Source: an uncultured Desulfurococcales archaeon
GTDB taxonomy: Archaea > Thermoproteota > Thermoprotei_A > Sulfolobales > Acidilobaceae
Reading direction: 5' to 3'
Assembly: GCA_964425855.1 (NCBI GenBank)
Contig: CAYROE010000002.1
Coordinates: forward strand, 1 to 54,668
DNA: 54,668 bases
The notes under the pieces were generated by a model, which worked only from the letters and a program-made list of their open reading frames with translations, ran no database searches and was not told where the DNA came from. Positions 8,426-18,144 of the stretch are shown here, piece after piece. How positions within the stretch are numbered: the stretch's first letter is position 1; every line of letters begins with the position of its first letter. A program made the translations under genes and the position numbers.

Positions 8426-9883
8426 CTAGTTTAATGCAAGGACAATATTGTTATCGCAGTATGGATATATTATAAATGCTTTATTTGCACGCATAAACTC
8501 ATGAAGCCTCCAGAGGTCATCGCTAATTCCAGTTATCCCAAGACCGTGGAAAAAGGCTTGTAACGTAACAATGCTTGTATTTGTACCTACAATTATTCCA
8601 GATCCTGTATCTATTAGGGTTCTCAGGATACGTGGTTCGTTAATTTTCGGAGTTTTAAGTATGAGTTTCTTGTGTTTATTAAGCAGGCGTAGCGTATTAT
8701 ACTCATATGTAATTATATTAGTAAATACACTTTCTTCGTCGTCGACCACTAATAGAATATTGTTCTCTATAGAGGCCTCAATTATAACGTTAATTAAAGT
8801 GAGAAATAATGTGTCATTAATACTAGAATCGATAGTGAGACGGAGCTTATCGAGCTTATTGTTTTCAAAGATTTCGATTCTCTTATAAAGATCGTCTATT
8901 GTCCTGATATCTCCTCTAGACCCAATACTGACGAAAATAGCACGTTCTTCTCCCAATAATGAGTTAGAAACCAAGTCCAAGAATTCGTGTCCTTGATCTA
9001 CAATGATTATCCTGTATTGGTCCTTTGTACTGATGGAGAGCTCGGCGGAACCCTCTGAGCACATAAAGCAGAGATCATTACGGACTCTTCTAACAGTCTT
9101 ACAATTAAATGGGTCAAAGACCCCGACAATCCGGCCCAGCCTAATACCATTGCATGGCTTCATCCTAATAGGAAAATGACTTACAAGGGCTATAGAGAAC
9201 GGAGCAGTAAAAGGATTAGACGCAACAATGCCATAAATCAGGGACTTCTTCGCGTCATGAGCAAATGGAGAGACTAGAATTGCGCTCAGAAACGATGATA
9301 GCAATATAAAACTAGCCGAGCCCGCTCCCATGTATTCGTAAATTACGAGGGCTATTGTTAGTGCAACCATTATAGGAGACACATAGAGCTTTCTCTGTCT
9401 AAACCTAATGAGATCAGATAATGGTTCGTGAATTCTACGTCCAAAGAGCCCTATAACTAGTAGGATAGTCATCAACAGGAAATAGAGGGTCACAGGAGCA
9501 ATCCATTCTAGCCCGGTAAAAGACAGAGCAGAGGCAAATATTATTCCATAAACTATTACTTCGATGAAGCCACGGGCAATTGCAAAAACAATAATTGATA
9601 CCGATACGACTCCTATAATGCTCATGAGGATTCTTCCAATAGATACAAGTAGGTCACCTAAAACGATGTTGCCAACATACCCAGAGAAGAACCCGATAAC
9701 GATAATGTGGGCTAGAACCAGTATTGCCCCATATAATACGCCTCTAACATTACAAGGATGAATCTCCGCTCTCAAGGCCTCTTCCAAGATCTGGTAATAA
9801 GCTCTAGAGGAAAATAATAAGATAGGAGATAGGAAGAGCATGAAAGGTGCACTAGAGTAATGGACGTTACCAGCAGCCTGCAC
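8426..9883 (-). CDS. Polytopic membrane protein with a C-terminal P-loop-NTPase-like (HerA/FtsK-style) domain lacking a Walker A motif
   Basis: About 230 aa of hydrophobic N-terminus. The C-terminal half carries GRIVGVF, RIIIVDQGHEF, NILLVVDDEES and IIVGTNTS, and no GxxxxGK[ST] anywhere. The likely start is ATG 9841. Confidence 0.55.
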   Translation of the reverse strand: MQAAGNVHYSSAPFMLFLSPILLFSSRAYYQILEEALRAEIHPCNVRGVLYGAILVLAHIIVIGFFSGYVGNIVLGDLLVSIGRILMSIIGVVSVSIIVFAIARGFIEVIVYGIIFASALSFTGLEWIAPVTLYFLLMTILLVIGLFGRRIHEPLSDLIRFRQRKLYVSPIMVALTIALVIYEYMGAGSASFILLSSFLSAILVSPFAHDAKKSLIYGIVASNPFTAPFSIALVSHFPIRMKPCNGIRLGRIVGVFDPFNCKTVRRVRNDLCFMCSEGSAELSISTKDQYRIIIVDQGHEFLDLVSNSLLGEERAIFVSIGSRGDIRTIDDLYKRIEIFENNKLDKLRLTIDSSINDTLFLTLINVIIEASIENNILLVVDDEESVFTNIITYEYNTLRLLNKHKKLILKTPKINEPRILRTLIDTGSGIIVGTNTSIVTLQAFFHGLGITGISDDLWRLHEFMRANKAFIIYPYCDNNIVLALN

Positions 9884-12721
9884 ACGGAAATGCTACGTGT
9901 CATTAATGAACTAGGATACACGAAGCTTCTACCAGTCCAAGAAAAAAGTATCCCAGTAATACTCAGAGGACATAACGCACTAATCGTCGCCCCTACAGGA
10001 AGCGGAAAAACAGAAGCCGCGCTATTCCCCGTACTTTCTCTCATGTTAAAGAAACAAGGGCTTAAGGCCATTAAAGGAGTCAAACTAATCTATATAACAC
10101 CACTAAGGGCTCTCAACAGAGATATAGTCTATAGGATAGAGAGAATCGTGTCCCAATCAGGCTTTAGTCTTATGCTAAGACATGGTGATTCAACGACAAG
10201 TGCAAGGAGAAGATTTCTAAAAGATCCTCCAGACATAATGGTTACAACACCGGAATCCCTGAATATGTTATTAACAGTGAAAAATGCGAGGAAATTATTT
10301 TCAGAGACACGATGGATAATTGTTGACGAGATACATGAACTAATTGATAGTGAAAGAGGAAGCGAGCTTTCCGTCCTGCTCGAGAGACTACAGAGACTAT
10401 CAAATCATAGGATACAGAGGATAGGTCTAAGCGCAACTTTATCAAGGAGATCTATTAGAGAAGCCGTTAAACTCTTAGCATCAGGTAAACGAGTAGAAGT
10501 GGTTATTGATCCTTCACCCAAGCTCTATGAGATTAGTGTTCGTTCTGTGGGCGATGATGGTTTCTGGAAAAATGCCGCGTCGAAAATAGCAGAACTAGTG
10601 AAAAATGTGGATGGAAGGGTCCTGGTCTTTGTTAATACCCGTGGAACAGCAGAGAAACTTGGCTCTGCTTTATCTAGGATTCTAGGAGAAGGGCTAGTTC
10701 TTGTGCATCACGGGAGCTTATCTAGGTCTGTAAGGGAAGACGCTGAAAAAGAGTTTAAGACAGGGCAAGCCAAGGTTCTCGTAGCGACTTCAAGCATGGA
10801 GCTCGGAATAGATATCGGTGATATAGAACTCGTAATCCAGTTCCTATCTCCAAGAAGCGTAATTTCGATGACACAACGAGCAGGCCGAGCCGGGCATAGA
10901 TTCGGTGAAACAAGTAAAGCATACATAATTACTTCTAATAATTTGTTCGAGTTATTGGAGTCCACTATTATTGCTTTTAGAGCTGTGAAGGGGAACCTAG
11001 AAGATCTAGAAATACACGTTAATCCTCTAGACGCACTCATGCACCAGATAGCCGCGATGGTCCTTGAGGATAGATTAATCGAGATGAGTATGGTCTACGA
11101 TATAATTTCGAGATCTGGACCGTTTAGGAGCCTCGGGTACGACGAGTTTTTGGAAGTGGTCGAGTTCATGGATAAGTTAGGTGTAGTTAGAATAGTAGAT
11201 GGTTCAAAGCTCAAAATGGGGAGAAGGACTATCTCTTACTTCTATAAAGTGTCTATGATCCCTGATGAACGAAACTACACAGTATATGATGTTATAACAG
11301 GCGATAAAATAGGAGAACTCAGTGAGAGGTTTATAGAAGCAAAACTCGCAAAGAGCGAGACCGAGCAGTTTAGATTTGTATTAGCGGGAAGGATCTGGGA
11401 GGCTCTAGACATCGATTATGAAAACAACAAAATATATGCTAGGCTAATTGCCGAGGCCGAGGGATTAGTTCCTTCATGGGAAGGCGAGCTTATTCCCGTA
11501 GACTATAAAGTTGCGAGAGAAGCCTGTAGCCTATTTTCTCTTTGTATGTTAGACGAGGAAGCCTGTTTGAAACTACTAAAAGAACGAGGTATGAGAGACG
11601 ACCAGGTTATAAAGATAATAGAAACCGCTCGTTCGACCAAAGCCCAGTGGAACGGGATAATCCTCGGCTTCTCGGAGCCCGTTATAGAATCCTTTAAGGA
11701 TTATATTGTACTATATACATGCTTGGGGAGCAAAGGAAACTTTGCATTGGCTCTTCTTCTTTCTAAGCTACTAGAACGACACGGTCATAGAGTGGTTTTC
11801 GACTATATTCCTTACGCGATAGTTTTTAATGCTCCGTTAAGAATGTCGCCAACGGATCTCAAGAATGCCCTGCTTGAAGCAAAAAAGATGGATCCGGTAG
11901 AGAGGATCATCCAAGTACAGGACGCTGTCAAATCAAGCATAGCATACCAGATACGTTTCTCTCAGGTAGCTAAAAGGATGGGCGTAATCGATCCAGATTC
12001 GAGTATCTCTAGGGAGTTAATGAAGAGGATAGCAAGAAGCTATGAGGGCACACTGGTTGAGATCGAGGCGCTAAGAGAGATAGTCTATGATAAACTTGAT
12101 TTTAACGCGGTAGACGACTTCTTGGAGAGACTAAACAATATCAGGATTGCTCCTATAGGATCAGAATCAAGCCTACTAAAAGAAGTATTCTCGAATCCAT
12201 ATCTTAGGAAGGACAAGGCAGTTGACCTTAGAACAATAGCTATAACTACTCTAATAGAAAGCTACAAGCGTAGAATAAAGAAGAGAACAGTACTGCTTCA
12301 GTGTGCGAGCTGTGGATACTCGTGGAGTAGAACAGTAGAACTACTCGATAGCGTCGATATCTATTGTCCGCGTTGTAAAGCTAGATTTATCGCGCCTCTA
12401 CCGGATACCGAGTGGGGTCATGAGACATCCAAGATCTTTAAGAAGTATCTTGAGACAAGAAGAAGACCGAGAGGAGACGCTAATAGGAGAATTAACGAGG
12501 TTTATGATAGAGCGCAGCTCTTTATCGAATACTATAGGGAAGGATTATCTAGGTATGTTATCGAAGCATTAATGGCTCCAGGGATAGGTCCTAACAGGGC
12601 TCTTAGAGTCATGAATGCATTACTATCTCACGGTGAAAAAGGATTCTATCGAGAACTATTCAAGGCGATCGAGGAATACTCAATGAACAAGAAATACTGG
12701 TCTTCTAAAAAGAAGAGATGA
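9860..12721 (+). CDS. lhr: Lhr-type (large helicase-related) SF2 ATP-dependent helicase
   Basis: Walker A APTGSGKTEAA, DEIHEL, HHGSLSRSVREDAEKEFKTGQAKVLVATSSMELGIDIG, QRAGRAGH, and a C-terminal zinc ribbon CASCG...CPRC. The likely start is ATG 9890. Confidence 0.85.
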   Translation: MDVTSSLHTEMLRVINELGYTKLLPVQEKSIPVILRGHNALIVAPTGSGKTEAALFPVLSLMLKKQGLKAIKGVKLIYITPLRALNRDIVYRIERIVSQSGFSLMLRHGDSTTSARRRFLKDPPDIMVTTPESLNMLLTVKNARKLFSETRWIIVDEIHELIDSERGSELSVLLERLQRLSNHRIQRIGLSATLSRRSIREAVKLLASGKRVEVVIDPSPKLYEISVRSVGDDGFWKNAASKIAELVKNVDGRVLVFVNTRGTAEKLGSALSRILGEGLVLVHHGSLSRSVREDAEKEFKTGQAKVLVATSSMELGIDIGDIELVIQFLSPRSVISMTQRAGRAGHRFGETSKAYIITSNNLFELLESTIIAFRAVKGNLEDLEIHVNPLDALMHQIAAMVLEDRLIEMSMVYDIISRSGPFRSLGYDEFLEVVEFMDKLGVVRIVDGSKLKMGRRTISYFYKVSMIPDERNYTVYDVITGDKIGELSERFIEAKLAKSETEQFRFVLAGRIWEALDIDYENNKIYARLIAEAEGLVPSWEGELIPVDYKVAREACSLFSLCMLDEEACLKLLKERGMRDDQVIKIIETARSTKAQWNGIILGFSEPVIESFKDYIVLYTCLGSKGNFALALLLSKLLERHGHRVVFDYIPYAIVFNAPLRMSPTDLKNALLEAKKMDPVERIIQVQDAVKSSIAYQIRFSQVAKRMGVIDPDSSISRELMKRIARSYEGTLVEIEALREIVYDKLDFNAVDDFLERLNNIRIAPIGSESSLLKEVFSNPYLRKDKAVDLRTIAITTLIESYKRRIKKRTVLLQCASCGYSWSRTVELLDSVDIYCPRCKARFIAPLPDTEWGHETSKIFKKYLETRRRPRGDANRRINEVYDRAQLFIEYYREGLSRYVIEALMAPGIGPNRALRVMNALLSHGEKGFYRELFKAIEEYSMNKKYWSSKKKR

Positions 12722-12808
12722 ATCGAAGTAGCTAGGATTTTAAATGTTATACTTAGATAGAAATCCTTACGGTAGATACTGGGTTAGGGTATCCAGCAAA
12801 TCATTGGG

Positions 12809-13924
12809 TTGACCACGATGGAGGAATGTAATGTAGCAGTAATAGCCGATTGGGACGCAGATGGAGTCGTTGCGGCTGCACTACTAGTCTATGTTCAAGA
12901 AGTAAAAGGAGTCTTCCCGGAGAAAGGAAGGCAGAAAGTATGCCTTATACCCTCCGGTCCACGGAGCATTTCTAAGATACGGGAAGCAGGCAAGTGTTGG
13001 AGAACAGTCGTGCTCCTTGATATTCCGTTTACTCAGGAAGTCGAGGAGACGATTAAGTGGATGAGAGAAAACTGTAACAGCAAGATCTTCTACTTCGACC
13101 ATCATAGTTCGACTATAAATGCTATTCATGATCTTGAAGAAAAATACCAGGTATTCGTGGTAGTTGGGAAATCTCCGACATCAATACTACTTCAGAGATT
13201 TCTTGAGGGATTAAATGTAAAGATTACGCCTAGATTAAGAGAATTCATAAAGGCAGTAGCAGTACTCGAGGGCGGTAAACATATTAAAAAACAAATAGAG
13301 GCCTCAGAGGGCATCATAACCCTCGCAGCATCGATCTCAAAAGCGTTAAATCAGACAAGGAGTCGAGAGGCCTGGTCAAAGTATGTGAGATGGATATCTA
13401 ATCCTATTCCTTTCGAAGAAGTAAAGATAAAGATAGACAAAATAATCCCCAGGGCCGACAGCAGTGAAGCTAAGCGAGTAGAAGAGAAAGAGAACCTCGT
13501 TAAGCTAGGAATAGAGATATCCAAGACCAGCGATAAAGAAATCAGAAAAGTCGCGATGGATCTGGCGATGTCTGCAAAGAATCTCGGGTATGTCAAGTTT
13601 GTCGATGCTAGAGGGACATGGAGTAAGAGGGGAACCAGTGCTCTCGCGTCAGCCATATACAAGATAATAAACTTCCCTGTAGCGGTTCTAGTCGAGAAAG
13701 AGGAAGGATCACGCCTACTAATAATCAGATCAGGAAAAGGCGAGGCTGAGAGTATACTGTCAAAGCTCTATGATATGGGTATCGTAGAGGATAAAGGCGG
13801 ACACAGAAACATAGCAGTTGCAAAGGTTAAAGATGAAGTAACGGTCTCTATGCTAGAGAAGAGTCTGAGAAAAGCATCCTTTGAGGCTGCAAAAGAACGC
13901 TGGAGGAGGAATATGGAAGAATAG
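12809..13924 (+). CDS. RecJ/Cdc45-like DHH-DHHA1 family phosphoesterase
   Basis: Motif I VIADWDADGVVAAA (RecJ-like DxDxDG), motif III FDHH and DHHA1 motif KGGHRNIA. The likely start is ATG 12818. Confidence 0.7.
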   Translation: MTTMEECNVAVIADWDADGVVAAALLVYVQEVKGVFPEKGRQKVCLIPSGPRSISKIREAGKCWRTVVLLDIPFTQEVEETIKWMRENCNSKIFYFDHHSSTINAIHDLEEKYQVFVVVGKSPTSILLQRFLEGLNVKITPRLREFIKAVAVLEGGKHIKKQIEASEGIITLAASISKALNQTRSREAWSKYVRWISNPIPFEEVKIKIDKIIPRADSSEAKRVEEKENLVKLGIEISKTSDKEIRKVAMDLAMSAKNLGYVKFVDARGTWSKRGTSALASAIYKIINFPVAVLVEKEEGSRLLIIRSGKGEAESILSKLYDMGIVEDKGGHRNIAVAKVKDEVTVSMLEKSLRKASFEAAKERWRRNMEE

Positions 13925-13946
13925 GGTGTTAGGGAACCCGCGCATC

Positions 13947-14024
13947 TGGTGCCGCGGCCGGGATTTGAACCCGGGTCACGGGCTCGAGAGGCCCGCATAC
14001 TGGGCCGGGCTATACTACCGCGGC
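13947..14024 (-). tRNA. tRNA-Glu (anticodon CUC), CCA encoded
   Basis: Hand-folded cloverleaf: GCCGCGG/CCGCGGC acceptor, anticodon arm CGGGC-CTCTCGA-GCCCG, T arm CCGGG-TTCAAAT-CCCGG, discriminator A, CCA. 78 nt. Confidence 0.93.
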
Positions 14025-14462
14025 TTCCCCGGCATTCCCATCATTTCCTATCTTATTAGGGGTTTTTGAATTTTCCCGTTTCCATGGTTTTGCCCTGATA
14101 ATTTCATAGGCTAATATTATCTGGACGAAGTCTATGTTTATCGATGAGTAATTAGCACTTCTTTCTATAATTACGAAGGGAAGTATCAAGGGACTGGAAT
14201 AATACGATATGATGGAACCTATGTGTGTGGATACAAGAGCTACAAGAACGTATTTTATGTATGATTCTGATAGCGAGATTGTTACTGCATAAACAATTAT
14301 AAGGAGACTAATCGTTATGCTCGAGACAGTGGGTTTTCCTGAAATCCCTAGCGTAAAGAATACTAGGCCAATAAAAAACAAGGCTATATATTCAAGTACC
14401 TTTTCGCCGTTGTACTCATCTATATTGCTAGAGTTTCCGACCATATAGTTATTCTGGCCCAA
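14010..14462 (-). CDS. Hypothetical small membrane protein (3' end doubtful)
   Basis: Hydrophobic 150-aa ORF. Its last 15 nt run into tRNA-Glu and it covers the tRNA promoter, so the C-terminus, and possibly the whole ORF, is questionable. Confidence 0.35.
   Translation of the reverse strand: MGQNNYMVGNSSNIDEYNGEKVLEYIALFFIGLVFFTLGISGKPTVSSITISLLIIVYAVTISLSESYIKYVLVALVSTHIGSIISYYSSPLILPFVIIERSANYSSINIDFVQIILAYEIIRAKPWKRENSKTPNKIGNDGNAGEAAVV
14051..14058 (-). promoter_or_regulatory. Candidate TATA box for tRNA-Glu
   Basis: The minus strand reads TAATAAGA at about -27 to -34 relative to the tRNA 5' end at 14024. Confidence 0.3.
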
Positions 14463-14548
14463 TTTGCATCATCCTAGCGTAGACATGTTATTCATACTTA
14501 TGATCCGTAGGATTGTTGGCGAGGTATTAGACTATTATTTTTACCCAG

Positions 14549-17026
14549 ATGTCTACAATGCCATTAATGGGCCGGTGGTGGAGAGTGGTAGAATTAAAAC
14601 CGTCACTTAAAGAAAAACGCTGGAAACCAGAATATGAAAAAGAATTGTTAGAGACGTGGGAACGTGAAGAACTCTATAAGCCTACTATTGATCCAGAAGA
14701 TACTAGGGAAGTAATCACCATTGACACGCCTCCTCCGTATGCTAGCGGTAAATGGCATGTGGCGGGAGCAGCTCATTATGCTCAGATAGATATGATCGCC
14801 AGATACTTTAGGCTTAAAGGATACAATGTTCTCGTACCCTTCTACGCTGATAGAAATGGACTTCCCGTAGAAGTACAAGTAGAAAAAAAGAAAGGAGTAT
14901 ACGCGCATGAAATGGCGAAGACCCCCGAAGGAAGAGAGAAATTCTTAGAACTATGTAAAGAGTTCTTGGACGAGGCGGAATCGGAAATAGTAAAGGTATG
15001 GAAGCGAATGGGTTGCTCCTTCGACTACTGGAAGAATGGAACAGATAGCCCAGTATACCGTACCCTAACACAAGCCACATTCATTGATCTTTATAGACGA
15101 GGCCTAATCTATCAGGATTCTAGACCGGTACGATGGTGTCCAAGATGCCGTACAACTCTCGCAGAAGCAGAAATAGAATACAAGGAGAAAGAAGGCTATG
15201 TATACTATGTAATCTATAAGGTTAAGGAGACAGGAGAAGACCTAGTAGTAGCTACCACGAGGCCAGAGCTACTAGCTGGATGTGCAGTGCTCGCATATCA
15301 TCCTGACGATGAGCGATACAAGAAATATCGTGGAAAGACCGCGATCGCGCCAATATATGGCCATGAAGTCAAGATAATCGAGCATCCCAGCGTAGATCCA
15401 AGCTTCGGTACGGGTCTAATGATGGTATGTAGTTTTGGTGATGAAAACGATGTACGTCTATTCTTTGAATTAGGTTTGAAACCGAAGTGGCTGATTAATC
15501 CAGACGGGACAATGCGTGAAGAAGCAGGACCAATCGCTGGATTAAAGGTCGAAGAAGCCAGGGAGAAAATCGCCGAGATGCTAGAAAAAGAAGGACTACT
15601 AGTTAAAAAGGAGAAAATAAAGCATAATGTTCCAGTATGTTGGCGTTGTAAAACACAGCTCCAGATAATCTATAGAAAAGAGTACTTCTTGAAACAGCTC
15701 GATTTTAAAGAAAAAATAAAGGAGATAGCGTCAATGATAGACTTCAAGCCAGAGATGCATAGGAGAAAACTGTTCGACTGGATAGAGAGCATTACCATGG
15801 ACTGGCCGATATCAAGGGATCGATACTATGCTACAGAAATCCCGATATGGTACTGTGAGAAGTGTGGATCAGCACTACTGCCCGAGCCAGGCAATTATTA
15901 TCGTCCATGGAGAGACGATCCTCCATGGGATAAGTGCCCGGTATGTGGCGCTGGCAAGGAACATCTTCGTGGCGAAACTAAAGTTTTCGACACATGGTTT
16001 GACTCGAGCATAAGCGTACTCTACGTATCTCACTGGATGAGGAATGATAGATTCTTCCAGAAGGCATTCAAGAATACATTGAGGCCCCAGGGACAGGACA
16101 TTATACGGACATGGCTATACTATACTTTGCTCAGAGTATACCAGCTTACAGGAAAATCAGCTTTCAGATGGGTTAGAATTACGGGTATGGGTCTCGATCC
16201 CCGCGGTAGACCGATGCATAAATCATTAGGTAACGTCATTGATCCTGAACCTATATTTGAAGAGTATGGAGCAGACGCGTTCAGGTTCTGGGCTGCTATA
16301 TCTTCAAGACTCGGCTACGACTACAAGTTTGATTTAAAGAAAGTTAAGACTGGACGTAACTTTGCGACCAAGCTCTGGAATCTAGCAAGACTAGCTTCAG
16401 CATTCCCCGAACCCGAGAACGTGGAACTAACCACCTTGGACAAAGCATTCTTAGCGCTATTAGACGAATACCTTGAAAGGATCGATAAAGCCTATATGGA
16501 GTTCGACGTATATGATCCAGCCTCTCTTATATATGAGTATGCCTGGGATATCTATGCTAGCCATTATATAGAACTCGTTAAACACAGAGCCTACAATAGG
16601 GATGGCTCATTCACAGAAGACGAGCAGAAAGCCGCATGGAAAGCTATACACGTAATCCTACGAAGAATACTAATCGCACTGTCACCAATCATGCCTTTCG
16701 TAACAGACTACATCTTCCGCAAACTATATGGTAGAACAGTTCATAAGGAGTTATATCCTATACCCTTCATAACAGACATAAAAGAAAGAAAAGCACTAGC
16801 AGAAATCGCACGTAACATAATTAGAATAAACAAAGCGATATGGTCGGCTAAGAAATCAAAAGGAATCAAGTTGTCGCAACCACTAGACAAGCAAGTAGTA
16901 ATAACAATACCGAAGATTAAGGATATAGTCAAGGATCTCGAGAAAATGCATAAGACGACAATAAGAATAATAGAGAATCCACCAGAAAACGCGGAAAGAA
17001 TCGAGGAAGACATATTTATCCTATGA
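14549..17026 (+). CDS. valS: Valyl-tRNA synthetase
   Basis: Class Ia synthetase. IDTPPPYASGKWHVAGAAHYAQIDMIARY is a crenarchaeal ValRS-style degenerate HIGH region. Also WCPRCRTTLAEAEIEY, a KMSKS-equivalent PMHKSLGN, and an ~825-aa length typical of archaeal ValRS. Confidence 0.8.
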   Translation: MSTMPLMGRWWRVVELKPSLKEKRWKPEYEKELLETWEREELYKPTIDPEDTREVITIDTPPPYASGKWHVAGAAHYAQIDMIARYFRLKGYNVLVPFYADRNGLPVEVQVEKKKGVYAHEMAKTPEGREKFLELCKEFLDEAESEIVKVWKRMGCSFDYWKNGTDSPVYRTLTQATFIDLYRRGLIYQDSRPVRWCPRCRTTLAEAEIEYKEKEGYVYYVIYKVKETGEDLVVATTRPELLAGCAVLAYHPDDERYKKYRGKTAIAPIYGHEVKIIEHPSVDPSFGTGLMMVCSFGDENDVRLFFELGLKPKWLINPDGTMREEAGPIAGLKVEEAREKIAEMLEKEGLLVKKEKIKHNVPVCWRCKTQLQIIYRKEYFLKQLDFKEKIKEIASMIDFKPEMHRRKLFDWIESITMDWPISRDRYYATEIPIWYCEKCGSALLPEPGNYYRPWRDDPPWDKCPVCGAGKEHLRGETKVFDTWFDSSISVLYVSHWMRNDRFFQKAFKNTLRPQGQDIIRTWLYYTLLRVYQLTGKSAFRWVRITGMGLDPRGRPMHKSLGNVIDPEPIFEEYGADAFRFWAAISSRLGYDYKFDLKKVKTGRNFATKLWNLARLASAFPEPENVELTTLDKAFLALLDEYLERIDKAYMEFDVYDPASLIYEYAWDIYASHYIELVKHRAYNRDGSFTEDEQKAAWKAIHVILRRILIALSPIMPFVTDYIFRKLYGRTVHKELYPIPFITDIKERKALAEIARNIIRINKAIWSAKKSKGIKLSQPLDKQVVITIPKIKDIVKDLEKMHKTTIRIIENPPENAERIEEDIFIL

Positions 17027-17061
17027 ATAAGGTCTCGTCCCTCTTCTAATTTACTTATCTA

Positions 17062-18144
17062 ATGAGGTGTTTTTTCAAAGTGAAAGTTGAAGTCTTAGAT
17101 AGGAGAGCAACAAGAATACGTGTACAGCCCGAATCAGAGGAAGATCTCTGGGTACTAAAAACGGTGCTTAGGCCTGGAGACCTAGTAAAGGCAAAGACTG
17201 TTAGAGAAGTCGCGTTTAAAGGTCGAGGAGAAAAGGAGAGAAGGCCCATTATTGTAAAAATAAAGATAAAGGAAGTAGATTTTCAAGCATTCACAGGGAA
17301 ACTACGATTATTCGGAGTCATCGTTGAAGGCCCTGAAGAATATGGTGTAACAGGCAAGCACCAATCAATTATGGTTACACCGGGTAAAAGCATTGAAATC
17401 GAGCGTCCAAAAGGCTGGGATAAAAAAATAATAGAAAAACTGAAATCATCAGGTCCCAAAGGAAGAGCCGTTATTGTTGCTGTAGACTATGACGAATATG
17501 CTATAGCTGTTCTTTCAATGCATGGCTACAAGATAGTTGTCGACGAGGACATTATCCTTCCAGGAAAAGACGATCCTTCACGAGAGACTATATTGTCTAG
17601 AATAATAGATTCTATCGCTAAGCAAACAGTAGAAACAGTAAAAAGATATAATGCAGACATAGTGGTAGTAGCAGGTCCGGGAACGTTAAAAAACATATTA
17701 TCAGAAAAAATCAAGCAATTAATGTCAAATATTAGAATAATAATAGACAATGTGTCAATGGGAGGAAAACACGGGATCGAAGAAGCATTAAGACGGCAAA
17801 CCATATCGCAGGCACTTAAAGATTTCGCTATTACAAGGGCAGAACAAGAATTTGAAGAGATAATGAGGGTAGCGGCAAAGGAACCTGGACTAGTGGTCTT
17901 CGGCCTAGATGAGATCCATGAAGCATCATCTCTGGGCGCCGTCGAGAAACTCATAATGGTTGATACGCTTCTTTACAGTCTTGATGAAGAGACTTCTCGA
18001 AAAGCAGGCGAGATCCTCGAAAAGGCTGAGCGTTATAGAGCAACTATATTTCTTGTCCCACATGACTCGCCTATAGGCGAGCGATTATTGTTAGTGGGTG
18101 GGGCTATCGCTAAGCTACGGTACAGTATTGGCCCGGCTCAGTAG
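17062..18144 (+). CDS. pelA: Pelota (Dom34 homologue, mRNA surveillance / ribosome rescue)
   Basis: N-terminal VEVLDRRATRIRVQPESEEDLWVLKTVLRPGDLV is the typical pelota start, and the protein has an eRF1-like length. GTG 17080 is the probable start. Confidence 0.85.
   Translation: MRCFFKVKVEVLDRRATRIRVQPESEEDLWVLKTVLRPGDLVKAKTVREVAFKGRGEKERRPIIVKIKIKEVDFQAFTGKLRLFGVIVEGPEEYGVTGKHQSIMVTPGKSIEIERPKGWDKKIIEKLKSSGPKGRAVIVAVDYDEYAIAVLSMHGYKIVVDEDIILPGKDDPSRETILSRIIDSIAKQTVETVKRYNADIVVVAGPGTLKNILSEKIKQLMSNIRIIIDNVSMGGKHGIEEALRRQTISQALKDFAITRAEQEFEEIMRVAAKEPGLVVFGLDEIHEASSLGAVEKLIMVDTLLYSLDEETSRKAGEILEKAERYRATIFLVPHDSPIGERLLLVGGAIAKLRYSIGPAQ

Noticed and set aside
13768-14069. ORFs 13768-13998 (-), 13881-14069 (+) and 49501-49689 (-), which overlap tRNA genes.
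   Set aside because: Their reading frames are made of tRNA-Glu and tRNA-Ala sequence. They are artefacts of GC-rich stop-free RNA genes.
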